Part shown: positions 26,771-35,658 of the stretch, piece after piece
Layout: every line of letters starts with the position of its first letter
How positions within the stretch are numbered: the stretch's first letter is position 1
NCBI GenBank assembly: GCA_963678065.2
Contig: CAXXVZ010000004.1
Location: 96,001 to 160,000 of the forward strand
DNA from: Treponemataceae bacterium
GTDB taxonomy: Bacteria; Spirochaetota; Spirochaetia; Treponematales; Rectinemataceae
Length of the DNA: 64,000 nucleotides
Direction: 5' to 3'
Position numbers and translations under genes: made by a program
The notes under the pieces: model-generated
What the model was told of the DNA's origin: nothing
The model's input: only the letters and a program-made list of their open reading frames with translations
Databases searched by the model: none

Positions 26771-27724
26771 ATGAGACAGCGCCACAGCACCCTCTCCGGC
26801 TTCCCGTTATTTCCGGCATTCCTGGCTTTACTGGCTCTTCTAGCTGCCGGGGTCGCCCACGCCCTCCCCCCGGCGACCGGCAGCTCTCTGGCGGCGGAAA
26901 TATTCCGCCAGGGCGACCCGGCGCTTGTCTGGTTTTCCGGAACCTCCGATATGCGGGGAAGGGATGCCGAACTGAGGGACAGGGAGGGAAAAGTCTGGGG
27001 AAGGACAAAACTCTTCTCCCTGCCGGCCCAAAGGGAAGAGGGACGCTTCGCGGCCCTCTTCCCGCTTCCCTTCGACATTCCCCCCGGGAACTATGGGGTT
27101 TTCATCGGGGAGGGGCAGGAAAGCGGAAGCCCAACGATGAGCGTGAAGATCGAGGCGGGCACGTTCATTTCGGAAGACATACGACTCGACGCGGGGAACA
27201 CAGCCCTGCGCACGGCCCCCGATCCGCGCAAGGATGCCGAGTGGCTGACCATCAAGGCCGTCTACGACAGCGTCGATCCGGATGCGGTCTTCATGGACGG
27301 AAAGTTCGGCCTCCCCGCGGGACCGGTACGGAGAACCGCGTTTTTTGGCGACAGGCGACGCTACCTGTACGCAAGCGGAGGCACCGATACGAGCATCCAC
27401 ACCGGCATAGATTTCGCCGTACCCTCCGGGAGCTCCGTGCTCGCCCCGGCGCGGGGCAGAGTCGTCTTTGCGGAGAAGCGGATCGTGACCGGCCTCACCC
27501 TCGTCGTGGAGCATCTTCCGGGCATGTATTCCGTCTTCATGCACCTCTCGGAGTTCGTGGCGAAACCGGGCAACATCGTAAAGCGGGGTGATCTCATCGC
27601 GAAATCGGGCAATACGGGCCTCTCGACCGGCCCGCACCTTCACTGGGAAATAAGGGTCGGCGGAGAGCCCGTCAATCCCGATTTCTTCGTCGCGCACTCC
27701 GTTTCGGACCCGGAGGGTCACTGA
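26771..27724 (+). CDS. M23 family metallopeptidase, secreted
   Basis: Signal peptide; HTGIDF and STGPHLHWE motifs. Confidence 0.88.
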   Translation: MRQRHSTLSGFPLFPAFLALLALLAAGVAHALPPATGSSLAAEIFRQGDPALVWFSGTSDMRGRDAELRDREGKVWGRTKLFSLPAQREEGRFAALFPLPFDIPPGNYGVFIGEGQESGSPTMSVKIEAGTFISEDIRLDAGNTALRTAPDPRKDAEWLTIKAVYDSVDPDAVFMDGKFGLPAGPVRRTAFFGDRRRYLYASGGTDTSIHTGIDFAVPSGSSVLAPARGRVVFAEKRIVTGLTLVVEHLPGMYSVFMHLSEFVAKPGNIVKRGDLIAKSGNTGLSTGPHLHWEIRVGGEPVNPDFFVAHSVSDPEGH

Positions 27725-29526
27725 GCGTCTTTGGAACAGCTTGATTTCTCTGAGCTCCTCAGCTCCTCTGAACGACTCGGTTCCCCTGAACTTCCCGGTT
27801 CAGTCGCTCTGGTCCGGAAGAAAAGTGCGAGCATTCCAGACAAGGCCAGACAGGAACCGATTGAGCGCCAGACCCAGTCGGGCAGACCGAAAACCGGTAC
27901 GAGTTCCCTGTTCCAGTTCCAGAAATCCATAACAGGAACGAGGACGAGAAGGAAAGCCAGGATCCAGAGTGGGGACAGGGTTTGGGTAAGCCTGGAGGGT
28001 GTGAACCGTGATTCCTTCGATCCTTGCGAACTCCGGAACACATATCCGATGCCGAAAACCGTCCACCCTATGCCTGCTACGGGAAATATCTCGGGAATAC
28101 CCGGAAAACCGACCCAGCCGAAACCCAAAGCGACAACCATGGCTTCTCCAGCAAGCATTCCGGCGAGTGCCGTCGCGCTTCCCGTCTTTTTTCCGTAAAA
28201 ACCGCAAAAAACCACCGGAGCGAGGGCCGCATATCCTGAGAAGGATGTCCTGTTCAGAAAAGCGATGATGTCGCTCGGCGGCGAAAGGGCGATAGCCGTT
28301 CCGGCCAGGGTCAGCAGAATGACGGCGAGCCGGGGTGCGGCTGAGGATTCGCGTCGATATCCCGCAAGATCCCTCACCACAATCGAGGACAGAGTCAGAA
28401 GCTGCGAATCCATCGTCGTCATGAGCGCGGCTATCGGGGCGAGGAGAAGGATAGGCGAAAGGATCGGACCGTTGAGCCTCGCGACGACGAGAGGCCATAT
28501 CCTGTCGCTCGCTTTCGCAGACAGGTCCGGAATGACCAGGGTGGACAGGACGCCGAAGGATACCGTGAAAAAAAACAAAGTCGCCGTGACGAGCGGGTAA
28601 GCGACAACTGTCCGTCTGAGGGCCTTCTCATCGCGTGCGGCCAGAAAGCGCTGCCCGAGCTGTGGGAAAACCGGATCGGCGAGGAACCACATGACAAAGT
28701 ACCCGGCCCAGGCAAGGAAGGACAGTCCTTCCGACGCTCCGACTGCCCCGACGCCACTGCCTGCTCCTGACTTCAAGGCTCCGGCCGATCCGCCAGGCCG
28801 CGCAAAAAGCCATGGTCTGGCTGCAAAAGCCTGCGAATGCGCGACGTCGAATCCGCCCAGGAAGCTCAGAAGGACGAGCCACGCCCCCAGGGCGAGCCCG
28901 AAAAAGAGTATGCCGTGGAACACATCCGTTCTGACGACCGCCCTCATCCCCCCGGCGACAGTATAGATGCAGATGATGAGAGCCACTGACACGACACCCA
29001 GGCGGTATGGAATGCCCATCGCAGATTCGAGGAGCATGCCGGCCGCCATCGGCTGCAAGGCGAGGTATGGAATCGTGAAAATGACGAGGGAGAGGGCGTA
29101 TAGTTTCGTCAGGGCGGGCGAGCCGTATCTGTCCGCGACACAGTCCACAGGGGTGATCCATCCGAGCCGGCGTCCGTGCCTGATCATGGGAAGGCCGACA
29201 AGGTACATCCCTATGGCCATGAAACCTGTCCCCGCGGCCATGACCGGATAGAAGACGTATCCCATCCGGTACCCGGCGCCGGAGAGACCGAGGACAGTGA
29301 AAGCGGAAAAATTCGTCGCCGCAGTCGTAAGGAAAAGGGCGAAAGCCCCGAGCGTTCTGTTGTCGAGAAAGAATGAGGCGGCACTTTCCCGCCATCCGGA
29401 TGCGCCTTGACTGTTTCCAGGATTTTTCCGTCCGGAAATCCGGCGACCGGCATGCCCGGCGGAGCGCCCTCCGGCAACGAGTGTCAGCACGGCAAAAACG
29501 ATGAAGACAAGTATCCCGCTCTGCAT
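27718..29526 (-). CDS. Sodium:solute symporter (PanF/PutP-like)
   Basis: ATNFSAFTVLG..GAGY, GGMRAVVRTD, AALMTTMDSQLL. Confidence 0.85.
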   Translation of the reverse strand: MQSGILVFIVFAVLTLVAGGRSAGHAGRRISGRKNPGNSQGASGWRESAASFFLDNRTLGAFALFLTTAATNFSAFTVLGLSGAGYRMGYVFYPVMAAGTGFMAIGMYLVGLPMIRHGRRLGWITPVDCVADRYGSPALTKLYALSLVIFTIPYLALQPMAAGMLLESAMGIPYRLGVVSVALIICIYTVAGGMRAVVRTDVFHGILFFGLALGAWLVLLSFLGGFDVAHSQAFAARPWLFARPGGSAGALKSGAGSGVGAVGASEGLSFLAWAGYFVMWFLADPVFPQLGQRFLAARDEKALRRTVVAYPLVTATLFFFTVSFGVLSTLVIPDLSAKASDRIWPLVVARLNGPILSPILLLAPIAALMTTMDSQLLTLSSIVVRDLAGYRRESSAAPRLAVILLTLAGTAIALSPPSDIIAFLNRTSFSGYAALAPVVFCGFYGKKTGSATALAGMLAGEAMVVALGFGWVGFPGIPEIFPVAGIGWTVFGIGYVFRSSQGSKESRFTPSRLTQTLSPLWILAFLLVLVPVMDFWNWNRELVPVFGLPDWVWRSIGSCLALSGMLALFFRTRATEPGSSGEPSRSEELRSSEKSSCSKDAQ

Positions 29527-29710
29527 GGGTTCTCCCCTGGAGCCGGGATGTCCTCGCCCTAGCGGGAATTACACCCAATTCTAGGTGCAATCCCGCCAGA
29601 CGGGGCCTGACATGGCTATGACTGGAATGAAGCTGTCTGCACAGCACTATTACCGAGGCCGACAGCGTGGGTCAAGCTGTCGTGCAATCCTTCATTGCTG
29701 AAAACGCAGC

Positions 29711-30568
29711 TTACTTGATAGATCCGGCGACCATGCCCTTGATGATCGATTTCTGTGCGATCAGGAAGAAGATGATGACGGGGATCATGGCCATCAGGAT
29801 AGCTGTCAGGATGAGATCCCACTGCTTCACGTAGGCTCCCGCGAAGTTGGCGACCGCGAGGGGAATCGTCTGGACGGCGTTGCCTTTTCCGAGGATGAGC
29901 AGCGGCAGGAGGAAGTCGTTCCAGATCCATATTCCGTTCAGCACGAGGACTGTCGCGTGGATGGGCTTCAGGATCGGCGAGATGATCCTGTAGAAGGTCT
30001 GGTGTCGCTTGCATCCGTCGATGAGGGCGGCCTCCTCGAGCTCGAGGGGAATGCTCTTGATGAAGCCGTGAAACATGAATATCGACTGTGACATGCCGAA
30101 GCCCACGTATGCGAGCAGGATTCCCGCGTAGGAGCGCAGGAGTTTGATCCCGGTGACCTGGGTTACCGTCCTGAACCATGACAAGAGTGGGAACATGACG
30201 ATCTGGAAGGGAATGACCATGGCCGCGACGAAGATGAGAAAGATCGTCGATGAGGTTTTCGTCTTTGTCCTGACCAGGACCCACGCAGCCTGGGCGGAAA
30301 GAAGGCTGATAAAGAGAAGGGAACAGACCGTGATGATGGCGGATCCGAAAAAGGAGGACTGGTAGCGGATGTTCGGACTCGTCCAGATATTCGCGATGTT
30401 CCGGAAAATGTTGCTCCAGTCGGAGGGCATGCTCATCGGACTCGAGGTGATCTCGAAGGGGCTCTTGGCCGAATTGATGAGGACTATGCCGAAGGGGATG
30501 AGGAAAAGCACGAAAAGGAGGGCCGTGAAAATTTCGAGCGGCAAGGTTCCTGCTTTGAGCTTTTTCAC
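29711..30568 (-). CDS. Carbohydrate ABC transporter permease (MalG-like)
   Basis: ELEEAALIDG EAA loop, WNDFLLP. Confidence 0.9.
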   Translation of the reverse strand: MKKLKAGTLPLEIFTALLFVLFLIPFGIVLINSAKSPFEITSSPMSMPSDWSNIFRNIANIWTSPNIRYQSSFFGSAIITVCSLLFISLLSAQAAWVLVRTKTKTSSTIFLIFVAAMVIPFQIVMFPLLSWFRTVTQVTGIKLLRSYAGILLAYVGFGMSQSIFMFHGFIKSIPLELEEAALIDGCKRHQTFYRIISPILKPIHATVLVLNGIWIWNDFLLPLLILGKGNAVQTIPLAVANFAGAYVKQWDLILTAILMAMIPVIIFFLIAQKSIIKGMVAGSIK

Positions 30569-31482
30569 AGTTCGATCTCCTTCTTCTTGTTGGCGCTGAC
30601 CTGGACGATGGAGATCACGGCCAGGACGATGAAGAAGATGACGGCCCGCGCTTGTCCCATGGCGAGGTTGTTGGATCTGAAAGCCGTGGTATAGATATTG
30701 AGGGCGAGAAGTTGCGTTCCGTCGATCGGCGTGCCCATGAAAATCGTGGAAGGCCCGCCGTTGGTCAGCGAGACGTTGACGTCGAACTGTTTGAAGGACT
30801 GGACCAGTGTCAGGAAGAGGGTGATCGTAAATGCCTGGGAAGCCATAGGGATCGTGATGGCCCAGAGGCGTCTCCAGGGCGAGGCGCCGTCTATCTGGGC
30901 GGCCTCGTGGAGTTCGGCGGGCACGGTCTCGATTGCGGCCACGTAGATCATCATGATGTAGCCCGCGTACTGCCAGGTGCCGACGGCGACGAGGGCGAGG
31001 ATGGCGGTCGTGTTTTTGGCCAGGACGAGGTGGGAAGGGTCAACCCAGGAGGCAAATCCGAGAAGCTGGCCGATTGAGGGAATGGCCGCGTTGAAAATGA
31101 ACTGCCAGATGTAGCCGAGGATGAGACCGCCGATCAGGTTCGGCACGAAGAATCCGACCCGGTAGACGTTGCGCAGCTTGATCTTGCTCGTCACGAGAAG
31201 TGCGAGCGAGAACGCCACGACATTGATCAGAGACATGTTCAGGACTGTGTAGATGACGGTGAGCAAGAAGGAGAAGATGAAGGAGGGATCCGAGAGGCTG
31301 TTGGCATAGTTCTCGATTCCGACCATCCTCAGTGCATTCCCGACGCGGGCGGACGAGGACCAGTTCGTGAAGGAATAGTAAACTCCCAGGACGAAGGGAA
31401 TGACTATCACCATCACGAAGGCGAACAGTACCGGAGCCAGGAAAAGCCAGAAAATGAGCGGGTTCCTGCTTTTGCGCTTCAC
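30565..31482 (-). CDS. Carbohydrate ABC transporter permease (MalF-like)
   Basis: LHEAAQIDGA, LTNGGP. Confidence 0.9.
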   Translation of the reverse strand: MKRKSRNPLIFWLFLAPVLFAFVMVIVIPFVLGVYYSFTNWSSSARVGNALRMVGIENYANSLSDPSFIFSFLLTVIYTVLNMSLINVVAFSLALLVTSKIKLRNVYRVGFFVPNLIGGLILGYIWQFIFNAAIPSIGQLLGFASWVDPSHLVLAKNTTAILALVAVGTWQYAGYIMMIYVAAIETVPAELHEAAQIDGASPWRRLWAITIPMASQAFTITLFLTLVQSFKQFDVNVSLTNGGPSTIFMGTPIDGTQLLALNIYTTAFRSNNLAMGQARAVIFFIVLAVISIVQVSANKKKEIEL

Positions 31483-31652
31483 GGGGTCTACCTCCTTCGG
31501 TATACGACAACGTCCCCCGGCATTTCGCGTGCGACCGGGGGACGCTCTTTTAAGGAAACCGATATCCGGAATGACACCTGACTGACTGATCAGGCATAAT
31601 GTCGGGTGCCACGGCGACGGATGATCCGGCCTCGCGGCCGGATCGCTTCATG

Positions 31653-32885
31653 TCAGTCCTTGCGCTCGACGAGAGCGGTCTTGAGCAGGGAAATAAACTT
31701 GGCCTTGTCGATCTGTCCGTTCGCGAACTGGTTGTAGATGGGGGCGAGTGTCTTGTCGCGGAAATCGCCCGAGAAGTAGTACTGGTTCCATGAATAGACC
31801 TTGCCGGCCGCCGACCAGGCCTGGACGGACTTGGAGAGCTGGCCTGATGGCTGGAGGGTCACGTTGGAGAAGGCAGGGATCATTCCGGCGCCCTCGACCA
31901 TGTACTTGTTGCCCTCGGGGGTGAGGACCATGTCGTCCAGGAACTTCTTCGCGGCGGCGATGTTCTTGGATTCCTTGTTGATGACGTAATAGGAGGGGGC
32001 GGCGACGAAGATTCCGTCGGTGGCCTGCTTCATGGAGCCGTGGGGGGCGAAGGCCATCTTGAAGGTCGCTTTGGCGTCTTTCATGTTGGGGTCGGTCCAG
32101 TTGCCCTGGTGCAGGAAGGCGGCCTTGCCGGTGGCAAAGGCTCCGACCTGAGCGTCGTAATTGCCCGTGGTCAGGACAGCCTTGTCGGCGTACTTGAAGA
32201 GGAGTTCGACCCAGTCGGCATACTCGGCGAGACGCTTCTCGTCGACCTTTCCGGCGAGGAGGTTGTTGACGACAGAGAGGTCTCCGTACTTGAGACCGTT
32301 GGATAAGAGGGAGTTGAAATTGTGGTGGGCGGTGACCCAGCCCATTTCCGGGCCGGCCGCCATGGAGACGACGGACTTGATGCCGAGCGCGGCTTTCATG
32401 CCGTCGAGCTTCTCGAAGGCTTTCTTGTAGCCGTCGTAGTTGACGAGGGTCTTGGGATCGATGCCCGCCTTGGCGAGCATGTCGGCGTTGTACGCCATTC
32501 CCCAGCCTTCCACCGCGACGGGGAATCCGTAGACCTTGTCGTTGAACTTGAAGGCGACGGAAGTCTTGGAAACCCATTTTTCTCCGGAAAGGTCGAGAAT
32601 GATGTTCTGCCACTCCTTGTAGTCTTCGAGGCCGGCGATGATGAAGATGTCGGGCATGTCTCCCGCGGCGTAATCGGCCTTGAGCTGCTGGCCGAGATCG
32701 GAACCTGAGGATCCGCCGACGGACTTGATCGTCGCGCCGATGCCTGAGGCCTTGGACCAGGTCGCGGCGTAGGCCTTGAGAGCCCCGTCGATCTCAGGCT
32801 TGTTCTGCATGAGGGTGATTTTGCCCTGCGCGAAAGCGGAGGTGGCGAGAGCCACTACCATGAGAACCACAAACAGTCTTTTCAT
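31653..32885 (-). CDS. Carbohydrate ABC transporter solute-binding protein
   Basis: Signal peptide MKRLFVVLMVVALATSAFA; PDIF, VYGFPVAVEG, QGNW. Confidence 0.88.
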   Translation of the reverse strand: MKRLFVVLMVVALATSAFAQGKITLMQNKPEIDGALKAYAATWSKASGIGATIKSVGGSSGSDLGQQLKADYAAGDMPDIFIIAGLEDYKEWQNIILDLSGEKWVSKTSVAFKFNDKVYGFPVAVEGWGMAYNADMLAKAGIDPKTLVNYDGYKKAFEKLDGMKAALGIKSVVSMAAGPEMGWVTAHHNFNSLLSNGLKYGDLSVVNNLLAGKVDEKRLAEYADWVELLFKYADKAVLTTGNYDAQVGAFATGKAAFLHQGNWTDPNMKDAKATFKMAFAPHGSMKQATDGIFVAAPSYYVINKESKNIAAAKKFLDDMVLTPEGNKYMVEGAGMIPAFSNVTLQPSGQLSKSVQAWSAAGKVYSWNQYYFSGDFRDKTLAPIYNQFANGQIDKAKFISLLKTALVERKD

Positions 32886-33254
32886 GTTCTTTCTCCTCCC
32901 CGAATGATGATTTTTGGAAAACCCCGTAAGTTTTCTCTCCGGCATGCCGCGGCCGCGCTCCGGCGAGGGATCATCCGACAGTCCTGTGCCGGTCAGACTC
33001 GCCGTTATCGCCTGAAAACCGTCTACTAAACCGGTAAACATGCCCTATCAAGTTAAATTAAATGCAGATCGGGAATCTGTCAACTGCAAAAATGAGGATT
33101 TTCATATTGGTGGAAGTGCGTGTACGGACACGAGCAAAAAATGGCGGCGCTAGCCCGCCGGGGCCGCGGCGGCGAAGCCTGATTTCCGCGGACTTCGTAC
33201 TGCCCGCCTGAGCTCTGCCCTCCGGGATCTGTCCCGGATACCCTGGACGGCGAC

Positions 33255-34535
33255 TCAGATTTCGCGGGAGAGCAGGTCCGCGTAGGTTTCGCGCCTGACC
33301 GAAAGTCTGTCGACCCCGTCCAGCACCATCACGACTGCGGGGCGGGGAATGCGGTTGTAGTTGCTCGCCATCGAGTAGTTGTAGGCGCCCGTCGAAAAGA
33401 CCGCGAGGATGTCCCCCGATTCCGGCGGCGGTACGCAAAGATCGCGGATGAGGATATCGCCCGATTCGCAGCATTTTCCCGCGACGGTCACGACCGTGTC
33501 GGCCTGCAGACCGGCTTTGTTCGCGATGACTGCCCTATATTTTGCGTCATAGAGCATGGGGCGCGGATTGTCCGGCATTCCGCCGTCCACGCCGATGTAG
33601 GTCCGGATTCCGGGAATTTCTTTCACGGAACCGACTGTGTACAGGGTGATTCCCGCCTCTCCCACTATCCAGCGCCCCGGCTCGATGGTGACGACGGGCC
33701 TCGCCAGTCCCCAATCCAGGTAGCGACGCGAGATGAGTTCCATCATGGGGTCGACGAAATAGGAGAGCGGCTTCCGTTCGTCCGCCTCCGTGTACACGAC
33801 GCCGAACCCGCCGCCCAGATTGAGTTCGGCGACCTCGACCCCGAAATCGCCCCGGACCTTCTCCACGATGTCGAGAAGGATGCCGACGGCCTTCAGATGG
33901 GACTCGTTGTCGAGGAGCTGGGAACCGACGTGGAAATGGAATCCGGCGAAATCGAGGTTGCGCGCGGAGAGAATGGCTTCCATATACGTGCCGAAGACGG
34001 AGGGATCGAGGGGAATGCCGAACTTGGAATCGAGCTGGCCAGTCGATATGAACTTGTGGGTGTGGCTGTCGACGCCAGGGGTGATCCTGTACAGCACTCT
34101 GACCCGCCTGCCCTTTTCTCCGGCGATCCGGTCGAGTTCGCGGACTTCGTAGAGGCTGTCCGAGACGACGCGCCCGATCCCGGCCTCGACGGCCATCTCC
34201 ATCTCCGCCAGCGTCTTGTTGTTGCCGTGGAAAATGATGCGCGCGGCGTCGACGCCCGCTTTCAGCGCGCAATACAGCTCCCCTCCCGACACGGCGTCGA
34301 GTCCGAGACCTTCCGAGGCGACGATGCGGCACATGTCGAGAGTCTGGAAGGCCTTGCTCGCGAAAACGGCTTCGGTGCCGGGATAGCGTTCGAGGAAGTC
34401 CCGGCGGATCTCTCTCAGGCGGTCACGGATCTGCCCCTCGGACATGACATAGAGGGGGGTACCGTAGCGGCGGGCGAGTCCGGCGAGGTCGCATCCGTCA
34501 AAGAGTAGTGTGCCGTCACGAAGGGAATCTTCCAT
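33255..34535 (-). CDS. lysA: Diaminopimelate decarboxylase
   Basis: YGTPLY, FASKAF (PLP Lys), HFHVGSQ, LNLGGGFG, IEPGR, GKCCESGD, MASNYN. Confidence 0.93.
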   Translation of the reverse strand: MEDSLRDGTLLFDGCDLAGLARRYGTPLYVMSEGQIRDRLREIRRDFLERYPGTEAVFASKAFQTLDMCRIVASEGLGLDAVSGGELYCALKAGVDAARIIFHGNNKTLAEMEMAVEAGIGRVVSDSLYEVRELDRIAGEKGRRVRVLYRITPGVDSHTHKFISTGQLDSKFGIPLDPSVFGTYMEAILSARNLDFAGFHFHVGSQLLDNESHLKAVGILLDIVEKVRGDFGVEVAELNLGGGFGVVYTEADERKPLSYFVDPMMELISRRYLDWGLARPVVTIEPGRWIVGEAGITLYTVGSVKEIPGIRTYIGVDGGMPDNPRPMLYDAKYRAVIANKAGLQADTVVTVAGKCCESGDILIRDLCVPPPESGDILAVFSTGAYNYSMASNYNRIPRPAVVMVLDGVDRLSVRRETYADLLSREI

Positions 34536-34705
34536 ACTGACCGAACCTTCCTTAACCAAGATTTCACCGCATCGTAGCATACAGGATCAAAGTCCGCAAA
34601 GCGCTTTTTGGTCGGCGGATGACTTTCCATGCCGGTGGTTTCCGGTTTACCATCGAACTAGAGACGCGGACCCGCAACGGGAAAAACCAAACGAGGAGAA
34701 CCGGC

Positions 34706-35467
34706 ATGAAGCCTTCGATCGGACTGACAACCTTCAACGACTCGAAACCGAGGGCGAGCTACACTTCGGTCAGCAACCACTATGTCCGATCGATAGACGC
34801 GGCGGGCGGCCTGCCCTTCCCCATCCCCACAAGCACAGACCCGGAAACGATCCGCGATTACCTCGATCGGGTGGACGGACTCCTGTTCACGGGCGGCGTC
34901 GATGTCGCCCCCTGGCGTTTCGGCGAGGAGCCGATCCGCCAGCTCGGCAAGATCGGTTTCGACAGGGACGAGTGCGAGATCCGCCTCCTCGAGGGCGCTC
35001 TCGCGCGCGGGATGCCTGTCTTTGGCATCTGCAGGGGACACCAGCTCATCAACATCGCCCTGGGCGGTTCGGTATTCCAGGACATCCATGCCCAGAGGCC
35101 GGACTCAGGCGGCCACTACCCTGAAGACTTTCCGGTGGACGAACTCTACCACCACATCACGGTGGAGGATCCCGGCAGCATCCTCGCGAAAGTCTTCGGA
35201 ACGGGACGGCGACTTGTCAATTCCTTCCACCACCAGGCGCTGGACAGGGTGGCACAGACGCTCAAGGTCACCGCAATCTCGGATGATGGCCTGGCGGAAG
35301 CCTGCGAGCTGGCAAGCTCAGCCTCATCGGCAGTATCCGGCGCAAAACTACAATACCTCCACACGGTGCAATTCCATCCGGAAAGCCTCACAATTCGCTA
35401 TCCCGAGTTTCTGGGACTCTTCGTCGATTTCGTCGCAGCCTCCGCAGCATACGGCAGAAAACCCTGA
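34706..35467 (+). CDS. Gamma-glutamyl-gamma-aminobutyrate hydrolase family (peptidase C26)
   Basis: LLFTGGVD, GICRGHQ (Cys), NSFHHQ, VQFHPE. Confidence 0.88.
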   Translation: MKPSIGLTTFNDSKPRASYTSVSNHYVRSIDAAGGLPFPIPTSTDPETIRDYLDRVDGLLFTGGVDVAPWRFGEEPIRQLGKIGFDRDECEIRLLEGALARGMPVFGICRGHQLINIALGGSVFQDIHAQRPDSGGHYPEDFPVDELYHHITVEDPGSILAKVFGTGRRLVNSFHHQALDRVAQTLKVTAISDDGLAEACELASSASSAVSGAKLQYLHTVQFHPESLTIRYPEFLGLFVDFVAASAAYGRKP

Positions 35468-35658
35468 ATATCCCTCGCGTCCACCGGGGTGCTCCCGGTC
35501 TCGATGGGTTTCGGTCACTTATTCGATGTTTTTTTAAAATTCGCATCCGATGCTCTTGACAGTTCAAAAAACATGCATTAACAATATGTTAAAGTGGCGT
35601 ATCTAATTACGCTAGTACAAAAAGTGCTGCAAACCGAAAGGGATGCAGGGAGGACAAA

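Noticed and set aside
29530..29700. TPP riboswitch before the symporter
   Set aside because: Superficial likeness to the 3' half only; the CUGAGA motif and CCUGAU core are absent.
33015..33045. LacI-type operator upstream of the sugar-binding protein gene (taaaccggtaaa)
   Set aside because: Only a partial palindrome and no cognate regulator nearby.
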